DNA of 64,000 nt from Nitrospiraceae bacterium (lineage in GTDB: Bacteria; Nitrospirota; Nitrospiria; Nitrospirales; Nitrospiraceae). The stretch is from positions 10,945-74,944 of the forward strand of contig DATIAT010000032.1 in NCBI GenBank assembly GCA_035457905.1, written 5' to 3'. Position numbers and translations under genes: made by a program. The notes under the pieces were generated by a model, which was given only the letters and a program-made list of their open reading frames with translations, searched no databases and was not told where the DNA came from. Shown one piece after another: positions 35,105 through 44,012 of this stretch. Numbering within the stretch: position 1 is the first letter of the stretch; every line of letters begins with the position of its first letter.

Positions 35105-36361
35105 ATGCGTGCCGGTGTCGTCGTAACAGGGATGGGAATCGTCTCTCCGATCGGTATTGGAGTGAGCGAGTTTTGGAAAGCTGCCCTCGCAGGCCAGTCC
35201 GGTGTCTCGGCTATTACATCGTTTAACCCGTTTTCCATGGACGGCTATCGTTCCAAGGTCGCTGGACAAGTGCTCGACTTCTCGGTCGAACGGTTCATCG
35301 ACTCAACCCATGCCGACCGCGTCGACCGCTACGCACAGTTCGCCCTCGTGGCAACGAAAGAGGCGCTGGCCGACTCGGGCCTCCAGATGGCGGAGGAGAA
35401 TCCCCATCGTATCGGGGTTATCGTTGGAGCCGGTATGGGCGGGATGGTGATGGGTGAACGTGAAATCACGCAGCTCTACCGACAACAGAAACCACATCGC
35501 GTCCATCCGAACTTTATCCCGGTCATCACATTGAATTCCGCCTCCGGCATTATCGCGATGGCCTATGGAGCCAAGGGTCCCAACCTGACTATTTCGACCG
35601 CGTGCTCTTCCAGCGCCCATGCGCTCGGACAAGCGCTTCACTGTATCCGCGAGGGCCGTGCCGACGTCATAATCGCCGTGGGAGCCGATGCAAGCATTAC
35701 CCCGCTCGTCTTCGCCGGATTTTGCTCACTGCGCGCTCTGTCATCCAAATTCAACAATGAGCCGGAGAAGGCCTCTCGGCCCTTCGATCGGTTGCGAGAC
35801 GGGTTTATCATGGGAGAAGGCGCAGGGACGCTTATCTTGGAATCGGCGGCGCATGCCAGGAAACGCAAAGCGAGAGTCTATGCTGAAATCGCTGGTTACG
35901 CCGCCACCAGCGAAGCGTATCACATGGTCATCCCCCGTGAAGACGGCCTGGAAGTGGCCCACACGATGCAGCTGGCCATCGCGGATGCCGGCGTCAGCAC
36001 GACCCAGGTGGATTACATCAATGCGCATGCAACCTCAACGGTCATCGGCGATGCCGTCGAAGTGAAGGCGATTCGAAGACTCTTTAAGTCGCGCGCGGAC
36101 AAGATTGCCGTCAACGCCACCAAGTCGCTGATCGGTCACACTCTGGGCGCCGCCGGCGCTATAGGAGGCATCGCATCGGTGCTGGCCCTCCATACAGGCC
36201 AGATTCACCCGACCGCAAACTACGATGATCCGGACCCCGCTTGTGCATTGGCAGGACTTTCCCGGTCGGTACAGGAACGTCGCGTGACAGTCGCCATGCT
36301 GAATGCGTTCGGATTCGGCAGTAATAACGCCGCTGTGGTGTTCAAACAAGCGACCAAATAG
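35105..36361 (+). CDS. fabF: Beta-ketoacyl-ACP synthase II
   Basis: ATG at 35105 (MRAGVVVTGMGIVSPIG). Cys-His-His triad contexts TACSSSAHALG, NAHATST, KSLIGHTLGAAG. Confidence 0.9.
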   Translation: MRAGVVVTGMGIVSPIGIGVSEFWKAALAGQSGVSAITSFNPFSMDGYRSKVAGQVLDFSVERFIDSTHADRVDRYAQFALVATKEALADSGLQMAEENPHRIGVIVGAGMGGMVMGEREITQLYRQQKPHRVHPNFIPVITLNSASGIIAMAYGAKGPNLTISTACSSSAHALGQALHCIREGRADVIIAVGADASITPLVFAGFCSLRALSSKFNNEPEKASRPFDRLRDGFIMGEGAGTLILESAAHARKRKARVYAEIAGYAATSEAYHMVIPREDGLEVAHTMQLAIADAGVSTTQVDYINAHATSTVIGDAVEVKAIRRLFKSRADKIAVNATKSLIGHTLGAAGAIGGIASVLALHTGQIHPTANYDDPDPACALAGLSRSVQERRVTVAMLNAFGFGSNNAAVVFKQATK

Positions 36362-36522
36362 CAGATCTTCGAGTCAACCGTGCAGAGGTCGATGCTCACG
36401 CTCGGAAGAGGACAGTCCGATCCTTGATCAACTTCTGCCTCAGCCGCAACCTTAACCTCAGCCTTTTCCGAGCGGTCGGCTGTTTCATCATTCTGTAAGC
36501 ATACGACTGAAGGTATGAACAC

Positions 36523-36837
36523 ATGGCAATCGATCCCATTATATTGCTGAAGATCCGCACCGCCTTGGGCGAATATCTGAAACGCGACCCTGCCACAATA
36601 CTTACCACGCAGCATCTGCGCGAGGATTTAGGTCTTGATTCGATGGCGGTGATTGAACTGCTGTATCGCATCGAGGAAACCTTCGACCTTCAGATACCCG
36701 ACCAAGACCTTGCAGGGATGACGACAGTCGGCCATGTCGTGAAATATATCGAGAAACGGGTGGGAAAGAGCTCCTCACCAACTCCGGCCAACAAGCCGGC
36801 AAAGCCCCCGAAGCCAAAGGGCAAAACGAAATCCTGA
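36523..36837 (+). CDS. Acyl carrier protein with a Lys/Pro-rich C-terminal extension
   Basis: 104 aa. Phosphopantetheine site [12 protein letters not shown]. About 25 extra residues, [22 protein letters not shown], not found in housekeeping AcpP. Confidence 0.8.
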   Translation: MAIDPIILLKIRTALGEYLKRDPATILTTQHLREDLGLDSMAVIELLYRIEETFDLQIPDQDLAGMTTVGHVVKYIEKRVGKSSSPTPANKPAKPPKPKGKTKS

Positions 36838-36842
36838 TCGAT

Positions 36843-37943
36843 ATGGCAACGCAGGCACGCATTCCGGTCTCACTGGCACAAATCCATGACGTAGTCGGGG
36901 GTGAGCTTGTCGGATCGCCGAACACCACTGTTACGAGCCTAGCCGGTTTTGAGGAGGCAGGTCCAAACGATCTGACCTTCGTCACCGGTGATCGAATGCT
37001 CAAGGCAGGCAAGCCCACGGCTGCAGGAGCGCTCCTCGCCCATCGCCGCCTTAGCGAGATCGCCAATCCTCACATCGTCGTCGCAAATCCTACACTGGCC
37101 TTTGCGCAGATCGCACAGACCTTCTTTTGCCCCATAGTCTCTCCTCGCGGCATTGACGCAACCGTCGTCCGCGGGGTTGACACAGAGGTCGGCTCCGATG
37201 TCTCGATTTGGCCTGGAGTCACACTGGGAGACCGGGTTACGATAGGTTCGCGAGTGACACTCTATCCCGGTGTGTTTATCGGGGACGATACGGCAATCGG
37301 GGACGATACGCTACTCTATCCGAATGTCGTGGTCCGGGAAGGTTGCACGATCGGCGCACGTGTGATCGTACACAGCGGCACGGTGATCGGAAGCGACGGA
37401 TTCGGCTATGTACAGGATCAGGGACGGCATTACAAGATTCCCCAGCTCGGCGGAGTTACGATTGAGAATGACGTCGAGCTGGGGGCGAATGTCACCGTCG
37501 ATCGGGCTACGCTGGGTCAAACAGTCATTAAGCAGGGAACCAAGATCGACAATCTGGTCCAGATCGCCCATAACGTCACGATCGGCGCCCATTCAATTCT
37601 GGTGGCACAGGTCGGAATCTCCGGCAGCACTCGTGTAGGGCATCATGTCATGATCGGTGGACAGGCCGGGCTGGCAGATCACGTCGTTATCGGAGATCAG
37701 GTCATGATTGCCGCTCGCGCCGGTGTCAACCGCAGCCTCGAACCTAATCAGATCGTCTCAGGAGCCCCCGTGATGCCCCATGAGACCTGGGTGAAAGCTC
37801 AGGCTGTGATTCCCCGACTTCCTGAACTCCGGCAGACTGTCCGCGCACTGGAAGAACGGCTGAAGCAACTCGAAGCTAAATACTCAGCCCTGTCAGTTTC
37901 TAAAACAAGGGCTAAGAGAAGAAAGCGAAAACGTGATCGGTGA
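36843..37943 (+). CDS. lpxD: UDP-3-O-acylglucosamine N-acyltransferase
   Basis: 366 aa. LpxD N-terminal domain, a long left-handed beta-helix of hexapeptide repeats, and a basic C-terminal tail [13 protein letters not shown]. Confidence 0.88.
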   Translation: MATQARIPVSLAQIHDVVGGELVGSPNTTVTSLAGFEEAGPNDLTFVTGDRMLKAGKPTAAGALLAHRRLSEIANPHIVVANPTLAFAQIAQTFFCPIVSPRGIDATVVRGVDTEVGSDVSIWPGVTLGDRVTIGSRVTLYPGVFIGDDTAIGDDTLLYPNVVVREGCTIGARVIVHSGTVIGSDGFGYVQDQGRHYKIPQLGGVTIENDVELGANVTVDRATLGQTVIKQGTKIDNLVQIAHNVTIGAHSILVAQVGISGSTRVGHHVMIGGQAGLADHVVIGDQVMIAARAGVNRSLEPNQIVSGAPVMPHETWVKAQAVIPRLPELRQTVRALEERLKQLEAKYSALSVSKTRAKRRKRKRDR

Positions 37944-38015
37944 AATGGAGGGCTTCCGAGTGCCGTTTAACGATTCACTCCCCACAGACCCTTCGCGGCA
38001 TTTCGGAGCGGCCTG

Positions 38016-38543
38016 TTAGTCCACTACCCCACGCCAACAAAACAATTTGGCCCAGAAGAATCCTGCCCAAGGCACCAACACTGCGGGAAGAGGATCTAGA
38101 TCGCCGCGGACGATGGCCACGGCCGACGCACCAATGATCACGACTCCTCCAGCAATGGAGATTGCGGTGACAAACCCGCGCCCTGGGTGCTCGATTGACG
38201 GCACCTCCGGCTCGGTCTTGACCTTGGCCTTCCTGTTTCTCAAGGCCACGGCGGATCGCAGCTTTGCTGCATACACCTCAGGAAAAGTTTTAAAAAGATA
38301 GCGGTGATAGCGCGCTTGCCCCCACCCACACAACCCACCGAGGACGAGCAAGGCTGAACTGGAAAGAAATGTGAGCCAGCTGTATGTATGGTTCATAACC
38401 AGTTGGTAGCCAAGTGATCCCATTGCACCGACCATGCAGATCAATCCAATTGTTCCGGCCCTGAAGAGAATATGGGACCTTACGTAATAGCGAGCTTGTT
38501 CGTCGATCTTTTCCGGTCGCAAAACCGTCACAAGTTTCGGCAT
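38016..38543 (-). CDS. Hypothetical integral membrane protein (about 4 TM)
   Basis: 175 aa with hydrophobic segments. No motif recognised. Confidence 0.45.
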   Translation of the reverse strand: MPKLVTVLRPEKIDEQARYYVRSHILFRAGTIGLICMVGAMGSLGYQLVMNHTYSWLTFLSSSALLVLGGLCGWGQARYHRYLFKTFPEVYAAKLRSAVALRNRKAKVKTEPEVPSIEHPGRGFVTAISIAGGVVIIGASAVAIVRGDLDPLPAVLVPWAGFFWAKLFCWRGVVD

Positions 38544-39154
38544 CGCTGGGCTTCCCGATTACATGGCCCGCCTTTCTTCCTTTCGGGCAAGAGAAGGCGG
38601 CATAAGGAGGTATCATACCATCCTTCCATCACCTGTTACATGGACGAAGAAAGAAGATTGGGTGTCTTCGTCGGATGTAATTGAACATTCACCTGAACCC
38701 CCCTGATTGCATGAGAAATTGTGGATGGCAGATGAGCAACGACAGGCAACATGCTTGGTTTTCATCGCATGAGCGCTCATCTCCTTACTGCATAATACGA
38801 AAACAGGCATTGGCGCTCAAACGTCCTGCTCAGATGGACTTTTCGCCGTCGTATGCACGCAGGTCCGCGCATGAGAAGGGAACCCTGGTGGGAAAGATCG
38901 AAACCCCGGCTCACGGTGTCCACAAAAGATGTGCATGGCGTGTGGATAACCATGTGGATGAGCGGACGATAGCACGCCGTATCGCAGCGCCTCACACATT
39001 GCCTAATCGGTAGGCAGCACATTCCGTGCAATTTCACATGGATGCAGTTCTTCTGCAAAATCCTGTACGAAGGAAGACCGCTGATTCCCCACAGTCTGAA
39101 TGATTTTCCAGAGTTGAAGGTACAGAAGTGTGCAGACAGATAGGCAGAGCTAGG

Positions 39155-41314
39155 CTAGCTCGGTAAGATATCACTGATCGCGGACCGTTCAACGCGTCCG
39201 ATATTCCTCCACTGATCCGCCATCGGAATCAATGCATGAATTCTCGTCTCAACCGTTTCCAGCCGCTGAGCCAGCGTCGACGTTTTTCTGTAGGCAGCGA
39301 CCATGAGAAAGGATCGTAGCCCTTGCAAGAACATCGTGATCATCGTCGCTTGCACACGGCTGGCCAAATCGTAGAGAGCTTCGACCTGTTCAAGAATCGG
39401 GTCGAGCTGAGATGTCGTCACCAAATCTGTCGCTCCTTGCATTCGCAGACTGGCTAGCGTGGAACTGATGATCGGGACTCTTCGGCGGACTTCCTGCACG
39501 AAATCTTCATCGAGTCGATCAAGTTCCGTCAAGATCCGTCTGACATCGGCAACTTGAAGATGATCGCCTTCCCGCTCAGCCCGTTGGATCACCGCCTCCA
39601 ATACATCCCGAGCCGGCTGCATCGAGCGAGCACGAGCTTGCTGCAGGTCGCGAAGGGCATGAATCAGCGGGACACCGAAGCTCACGGTGAGCGGGGTCTT
39701 CAGCTTGGGGACATCGGGCAACTCAGTCCCGATGGCAGATGGAGCCTGCACCAATTCGCTCACGGTTTCCATAAGATCGTCATCCGTTCCAGCACATTTG
39801 TCCTCGTGGCTTCCTCCTAAACGACGCACAGCTAGACTGATCCGATCCAATCCCTCTTGAAGCGACCGAAGCGCTGCTGTCATCGCGCGTGGTCCCTGCC
39901 GCCCTACGTCGTGGAGAATCGGAAGCAGATTCGAAGCCATCTGCTCAATAGTCTGGAGCTGCACCGTCGACGCAGACTTGGCAAGATTGCTAATTCCTTG
40001 CAAGAGAATCCCGTAGAGCTTCGGACGCAACGTTCCATTCGGCCCTTCGGCGAGCTGTCGCACCGCCATTTGGATTTGCGCCAGCCATTCGTGTGCTTCG
40101 AGGGCAAATAACCCGATGACTTCTTTTTGAAAACCGGCATCCACAACATCCCGGGCAGGAAACCGACCGACCCATCGATGCTCGTCCGACGCCGACCCCG
40201 TTCCACTCGGTGGCACAGAAGTTCTGGACTCGACCGCGCCCTGAATCGCACTTGCCAGAGCATCTAAACCTTCTAAGAGTGCGGTAAACTGATCGGACGC
40301 CGATGGGACCGCTCCGGATGTCTTGGCATGCGATTCATCCGCTGAAAAAGACACTCGCGCGACATCAGGAGGTTCCAATGTCTCGATGATCGACACGAGC
40401 GGGGTAAGGCTCAGGTCGATCTGCGTTCCACTCTGATCACCGGCCGCATCACCCACGATCCGCACGACCGGACGGAGCGGATAGCGCGTATTGACACGCA
40501 CCACAGACCCGACTTGTCCTGTGGTCAATCGCACCGATGTGCCCAGAGGATAGGCAGACAGCTGTTCGACCAAGGCTTTGACGACCTCCCGGGGGAATGC
40601 CGTCCGTTCCGCCACCATCAATTCTCGTACCGCCTCGTGTGGAAAAAACCTTCGGCGATACCCGCGTGGACTGACGAGAGCATCGAAGACATCCACCACG
40701 CCGATAATTTGGGCAAACTCGCTGATTTGCCGCCCTTTCAGCTTGTTGGGGTACCCCTGTCCGTTCCACCGTTCGTGAGCCTGGCGTACCACTTGCGCCA
40801 ACCAATCGTATTTTGAACCCGCCTTTCGAATCGTTTGATAACCGAGCTCGGGGTGTTGTTCGATCAGCATGCGTTCATCATTGGTCAACCGACCCGACTT
40901 GGTAATCAGTGACTGCGGTACGGCAAAGAGACCGATGTCGTGCAGTAGCCCTGCGCAGGTAAGCCTTTCCAATTCTTCCCCGTGATAGCCTAAGCCGGCT
41001 CCCACCTTCGTCGATAAAATCGCCACATTCACAAGATTCGTAATTAACGGAGAACCTGCGGGACCACTCATAGCCTGAACGAGCAATTGATCGCTCTTCT
41101 TGAGCGTCTGCACGATTCTTGTCGCCATGACAAACAAGGCATCCAAATCGAGGTCGCGCTGCTCCTGGACAGCAAGCGCCACATTCGTCAATTGTTCCTG
41201 CGCAGCACGGTAGCAGTCTGTCGCGTTGTATGCGTTCATGACTTGACGACGCCCTTGCGGAACATTCGAATTCGCATCATATGACTTGCTCGAGCCGTCG
41301 AACAAGCCGAGCAT
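39155..41314 (-). CDS. HD-GYP domain protein fused to a C-terminal ~330-aa Hpt-like helical module (no receiver domain)
   Basis: 719 aa. HD-GYP motifs LLHDIGL, EQHPELG, AHERWNGQGYP, DVFDAL (residues ~60-290). Residues ~390-719 align along their length with the product of 41330-42277. Confidence 0.85.
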   Translation of the reverse strand: MLGLFDGSSKSYDANSNVPQGRRQVMNAYNATDCYRAAQEQLTNVALAVQEQRDLDLDALFVMATRIVQTLKKSDQLLVQAMSGPAGSPLITNLVNVAILSTKVGAGLGYHGEELERLTCAGLLHDIGLFAVPQSLITKSGRLTNDERMLIEQHPELGYQTIRKAGSKYDWLAQVVRQAHERWNGQGYPNKLKGRQISEFAQIIGVVDVFDALVSPRGYRRRFFPHEAVRELMVAERTAFPREVVKALVEQLSAYPLGTSVRLTTGQVGSVVRVNTRYPLRPVVRIVGDAAGDQSGTQIDLSLTPLVSIIETLEPPDVARVSFSADESHAKTSGAVPSASDQFTALLEGLDALASAIQGAVESRTSVPPSGTGSASDEHRWVGRFPARDVVDAGFQKEVIGLFALEAHEWLAQIQMAVRQLAEGPNGTLRPKLYGILLQGISNLAKSASTVQLQTIEQMASNLLPILHDVGRQGPRAMTAALRSLQEGLDRISLAVRRLGGSHEDKCAGTDDDLMETVSELVQAPSAIGTELPDVPKLKTPLTVSFGVPLIHALRDLQQARARSMQPARDVLEAVIQRAEREGDHLQVADVRRILTELDRLDEDFVQEVRRRVPIISSTLASLRMQGATDLVTTSQLDPILEQVEALYDLASRVQATMITMFLQGLRSFLMVAAYRKTSTLAQRLETVETRIHALIPMADQWRNIGRVERSAISDILPS

Positions 41315-41329
41315 CGACCTGTAGATTCT

Positions 41330-42277
41330 CTACGAGTGATTGACGGGGAGCAACTGATCGATTGCGGTGCGTTGGGCCCGTCCATGCTCTGCCCACTGAC
41401 GGATGGCGTCGCCCATCATATGCAGCCGGGCCTTCACCGATTCTATCCGCGCAGCAGCCAGAACCACTCGACGCTTCGTCACCACCGTCAATAGACTGTG
41501 CAGTCCAGTGAAAAACATCATGGCCGAGGCTGCATTCACCTGCTGTGATTCCACGCGCAAACGTGCGACATCTTGAAGCGAATCTTCGAGGGCCCTTATT
41601 CGCGTGGAGACCTCGTTTCCGTCAATCTTGAGCGCACTCAGCTTCTTGGCAATCTCAGGCACCCCCTCATCAATCGCTTTCAAGAACGCTTCTTCCGCTT
41701 CAGACACCCGCGCAAGATATCCGTGAATGACCGCAGGATCGATACGTTCAACACCGGCCTGAACCTGCACTTCCATCTGCTCGATCAGACTGCGGATCAG
41801 ATTGCGCCCGGCCATCACACCGGATTGCTGCTTGCTTTCTAGTTCCTGAAGCGCGCGGATAAACTCTCCTGGAGAGAGACTTGCTGAAACCCGCTCAGAT
41901 GCCTCACTACTCCCGTCTTCTTCGAAGGAAACACCTGTCGCATGAGTCAATGCCTTGTGGATCAATCCCAGCTGTTTACAAAACGAGAGAAAGTCCTGAA
42001 CAGAGGGTGATTTTTGTGGGTCCTGGAGAGGTTGGATGTATGGAATGGCCGCAAAACTGGCCTCTTTAACGTCGGAAAGATTAATCGTAGCAGCAGACCC
42101 GCCGAGGTTCGTCACTCCGGCTGAAATCGTTTCAATCAGCTTCGCGTGCCGCTCAGGCGCCGGTCCCTGCTGCAGTTCATCAAGCGCGACATGAATGTTC
42201 TGGAGCCATTCATGAGCTTCCTGAACAAAGAGATCGACCAATTCTTTCTGGAAATCTTCTGGGATGTCGGCGGCCAT
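41330..42277 (-). CDS. Stand-alone Hpt-like (pseudo-Hpt) helical protein, paralogous to the C-terminus of the HD-GYP protein
   Basis: 315 aa. N-terminus FQKELVDLFVQEAHEWLQNIHVAL resembles the start of CheA P1/Hpt domains. The HxxKG position reads VTNLGGSA, with no His. The C-terminus ...GRAQRTAIDQLLP matches ...GRVERSAISDILP of the neighbouring protein. Confidence 0.7.
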   Translation of the reverse strand: MAADIPEDFQKELVDLFVQEAHEWLQNIHVALDELQQGPAPERHAKLIETISAGVTNLGGSAATINLSDVKEASFAAIPYIQPLQDPQKSPSVQDFLSFCKQLGLIHKALTHATGVSFEEDGSSEASERVSASLSPGEFIRALQELESKQQSGVMAGRNLIRSLIEQMEVQVQAGVERIDPAVIHGYLARVSEAEEAFLKAIDEGVPEIAKKLSALKIDGNEVSTRIRALEDSLQDVARLRVESQQVNAASAMMFFTGLHSLLTVVTKRRVVLAAARIESVKARLHMMGDAIRQWAEHGRAQRTAIDQLLPVNHS

Positions 42278-42327
42278 GAGATCAGTCCTTCACGACAGTG
42301 CCGGTTCACGAGGGAGGTCGGACAGGA

Positions 42328-43461
42328 TCAAGGCCGTCGCTTTCCGCTCCCCAGCTGAGAGGCCAATCCCGCGATTTCGCCAAGTTTCGCTGCCATCTCT
42401 TCAAATCTCTTGGTGGCTTGCTCGGACGCTTGTTCAGTTTCCGATAAGCGCCTTGCCAGAAGACTATTTCGTTCACGTTCTGTCCGAAGCAGGGCTTCAA
42501 ACTCCTGAGCTTTCTGCGAAGTGCGCTCATTTTCTACAAGCTGTGCGGCTAGATCTCTGCTTCTTTCCTTTTCCGCGGCGAGAGCTTGTTCCAATGTGCC
42601 CACCCGTGCGGTAACCTGTTCCATCTCGGTCATTTGTTCAACCAGTTGCGCGGCAGCCTGTCGCTCGGCGTTCAGAGTCATCTCCAACTCCTGGACACGA
42701 CTCGCATTTTTCCGCAGTTCGGCCAACTGCGTCGCCTGTTGCGCACTGTCTTGTTGCTCCTTCCGAAGCGCCGACTCTAATTCCTGCACACGCCTGCTCA
42801 AGCTCTCCGCCAAAGAAGCTTTGTCCTTGAGTGCAGCGGCCCCCTCCCGCTCGCTCGCCAACATCGCTTCCAGTTCCGTGACGCGACCCAATTGTGCTTC
42901 GAGTTGCGCTACGCGCTGAGCACTATGTGCCGCTCGATCCCGTTCGACCGAAAGCTCTTCCTCCAGCGGCTTCAATCGTGCAGTCGCTTGCCGATAGGCT
43001 TCCAGTTGCTCTTCGTTCTCTCGCGAGCCTTGAATCAATCCGGTCGGCTCAATCACTTTCTCGAAACTCTTCGCAGCAGGTGTGGCAGCGTTTTGCCTCT
43101 TGGCCAACAGCTCGATCACCCGATCCTTGAGAGAGGTGCCCTGAAACGGTTTTTTCAATACACCGTCGGCATGACAGGACTCCGCTTGCTTCGTCACTTC
43201 ATCATTCACAATGCCTGAGATCAGCAGCACCGGAGTATTCGCTGTTCCTCTCTGCGCGCGCACGAAGGCACAAACCTCGTAGCCGCTCTTATCCGGCATA
43301 ATCACGTCGGACACAACCAGATCAGGCTTCTCTTTGGCCAGATAGGCCAGAGCCTCCTCGCCGTTCGCAGCAAGCGTGACTCCAAATCCAGCTTCGGTCA
43401 GCAACCGTTCCGCCACCTTCCGTACGGCGATGCTATCGTCCGCTACTAATACTTTCGGCAT
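42328..43461 (-). CDS. Response-regulator receiver fused to a ~250-aa coiled coil
   Basis: ATG at 43461 (MPKVLVADDS). DLVVSDVIMPDKSGYE and LKKPF are present. The rest is heptad-rich with recurring RV-ELE--L--E segments. Confidence 0.85.
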   Translation of the reverse strand: MPKVLVADDSIAVRKVAERLLTEAGFGVTLAANGEEALAYLAKEKPDLVVSDVIMPDKSGYEVCAFVRAQRGTANTPVLLISGIVNDEVTKQAESCHADGVLKKPFQGTSLKDRVIELLAKRQNAATPAAKSFEKVIEPTGLIQGSRENEEQLEAYRQATARLKPLEEELSVERDRAAHSAQRVAQLEAQLGRVTELEAMLASEREGAAALKDKASLAESLSRRVQELESALRKEQQDSAQQATQLAELRKNASRVQELEMTLNAERQAAAQLVEQMTEMEQVTARVGTLEQALAAEKERSRDLAAQLVENERTSQKAQEFEALLRTERERNSLLARRLSETEQASEQATKRFEEMAAKLGEIAGLASQLGSGKRRP

Positions 43462-43499
43462 GGCAAGATTCTCCCCAGTAACGATTGCGACACAACATC

Positions 43500-43946
43500 T
43501 TACGCGTGAGGCTTTCCAAGCTTGGTCAAACACAGAAGGTCGATCGGCTGACCATCAATCGTACACGTGCCCACGATGACGGAATCAGTTCCATCCGAAA
43601 GATGGATCGATGCGCGATCCAGCGACTGCAAGATTGGCATGTCCGAATCAATGCGCACGGCCATTAACCCATCCTCGTGTTTGGCCAGCAGACACAGAGG
43701 AGGGTCACTCTCTATTGTCAGTTGAAGCTGCCCCGCCAAATCAAAAATCGGCAGTACTTCTTTCCCAAGCCACGTAACAGCATTCACAAACGGCGTCTGG
43801 CTTGGCACCGACACAACCGAAGGCCATTGAACGATACCTCTGACCTCTTCCATACCAGTGGCAAACCGTCGTCCCCCAATAGAAAATATCGTGACCCACT
43901 GCTTCGAGAGAACCGGTTTCTTTCGACTTGCTTGGGACTGCAACAT
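43500..43946 (-). CDS. CheW-like coupling protein (divergent)
   Basis: 148 aa. Single CheW-like domain pattern (VTIFSIGGRRFATGMEEVRGIV...LPIFDLAGQL). Confidence 0.7.
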   Translation of the reverse strand: MLQSQASRKKPVLSKQWVTIFSIGGRRFATGMEEVRGIVQWPSVVSVPSQTPFVNAVTWLGKEVLPIFDLAGQLQLTIESDPPLCLLAKHEDGLMAVRIDSDMPILQSLDRASIHLSDGTDSVIVGTCTIDGQPIDLLCLTKLGKPHA

Positions 43947-44012
43947 CAGCGGACTCGCATACTCCTGCGTTGGACTAGACCGGGAATATCGACTTTAAAC
44001 CGCTCTTGTATT

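Noticed and set aside
38544-39154. ~610-nt gap downstream of the HD-GYP gene containing a 110-aa plus-strand ORF (38681-39013) and antisense ORFs.
   Set aside because: The translations are Arg/His/Cys-rich with no motifs, RBS or conservation clues. I treat the region as non-coding pending a database search.
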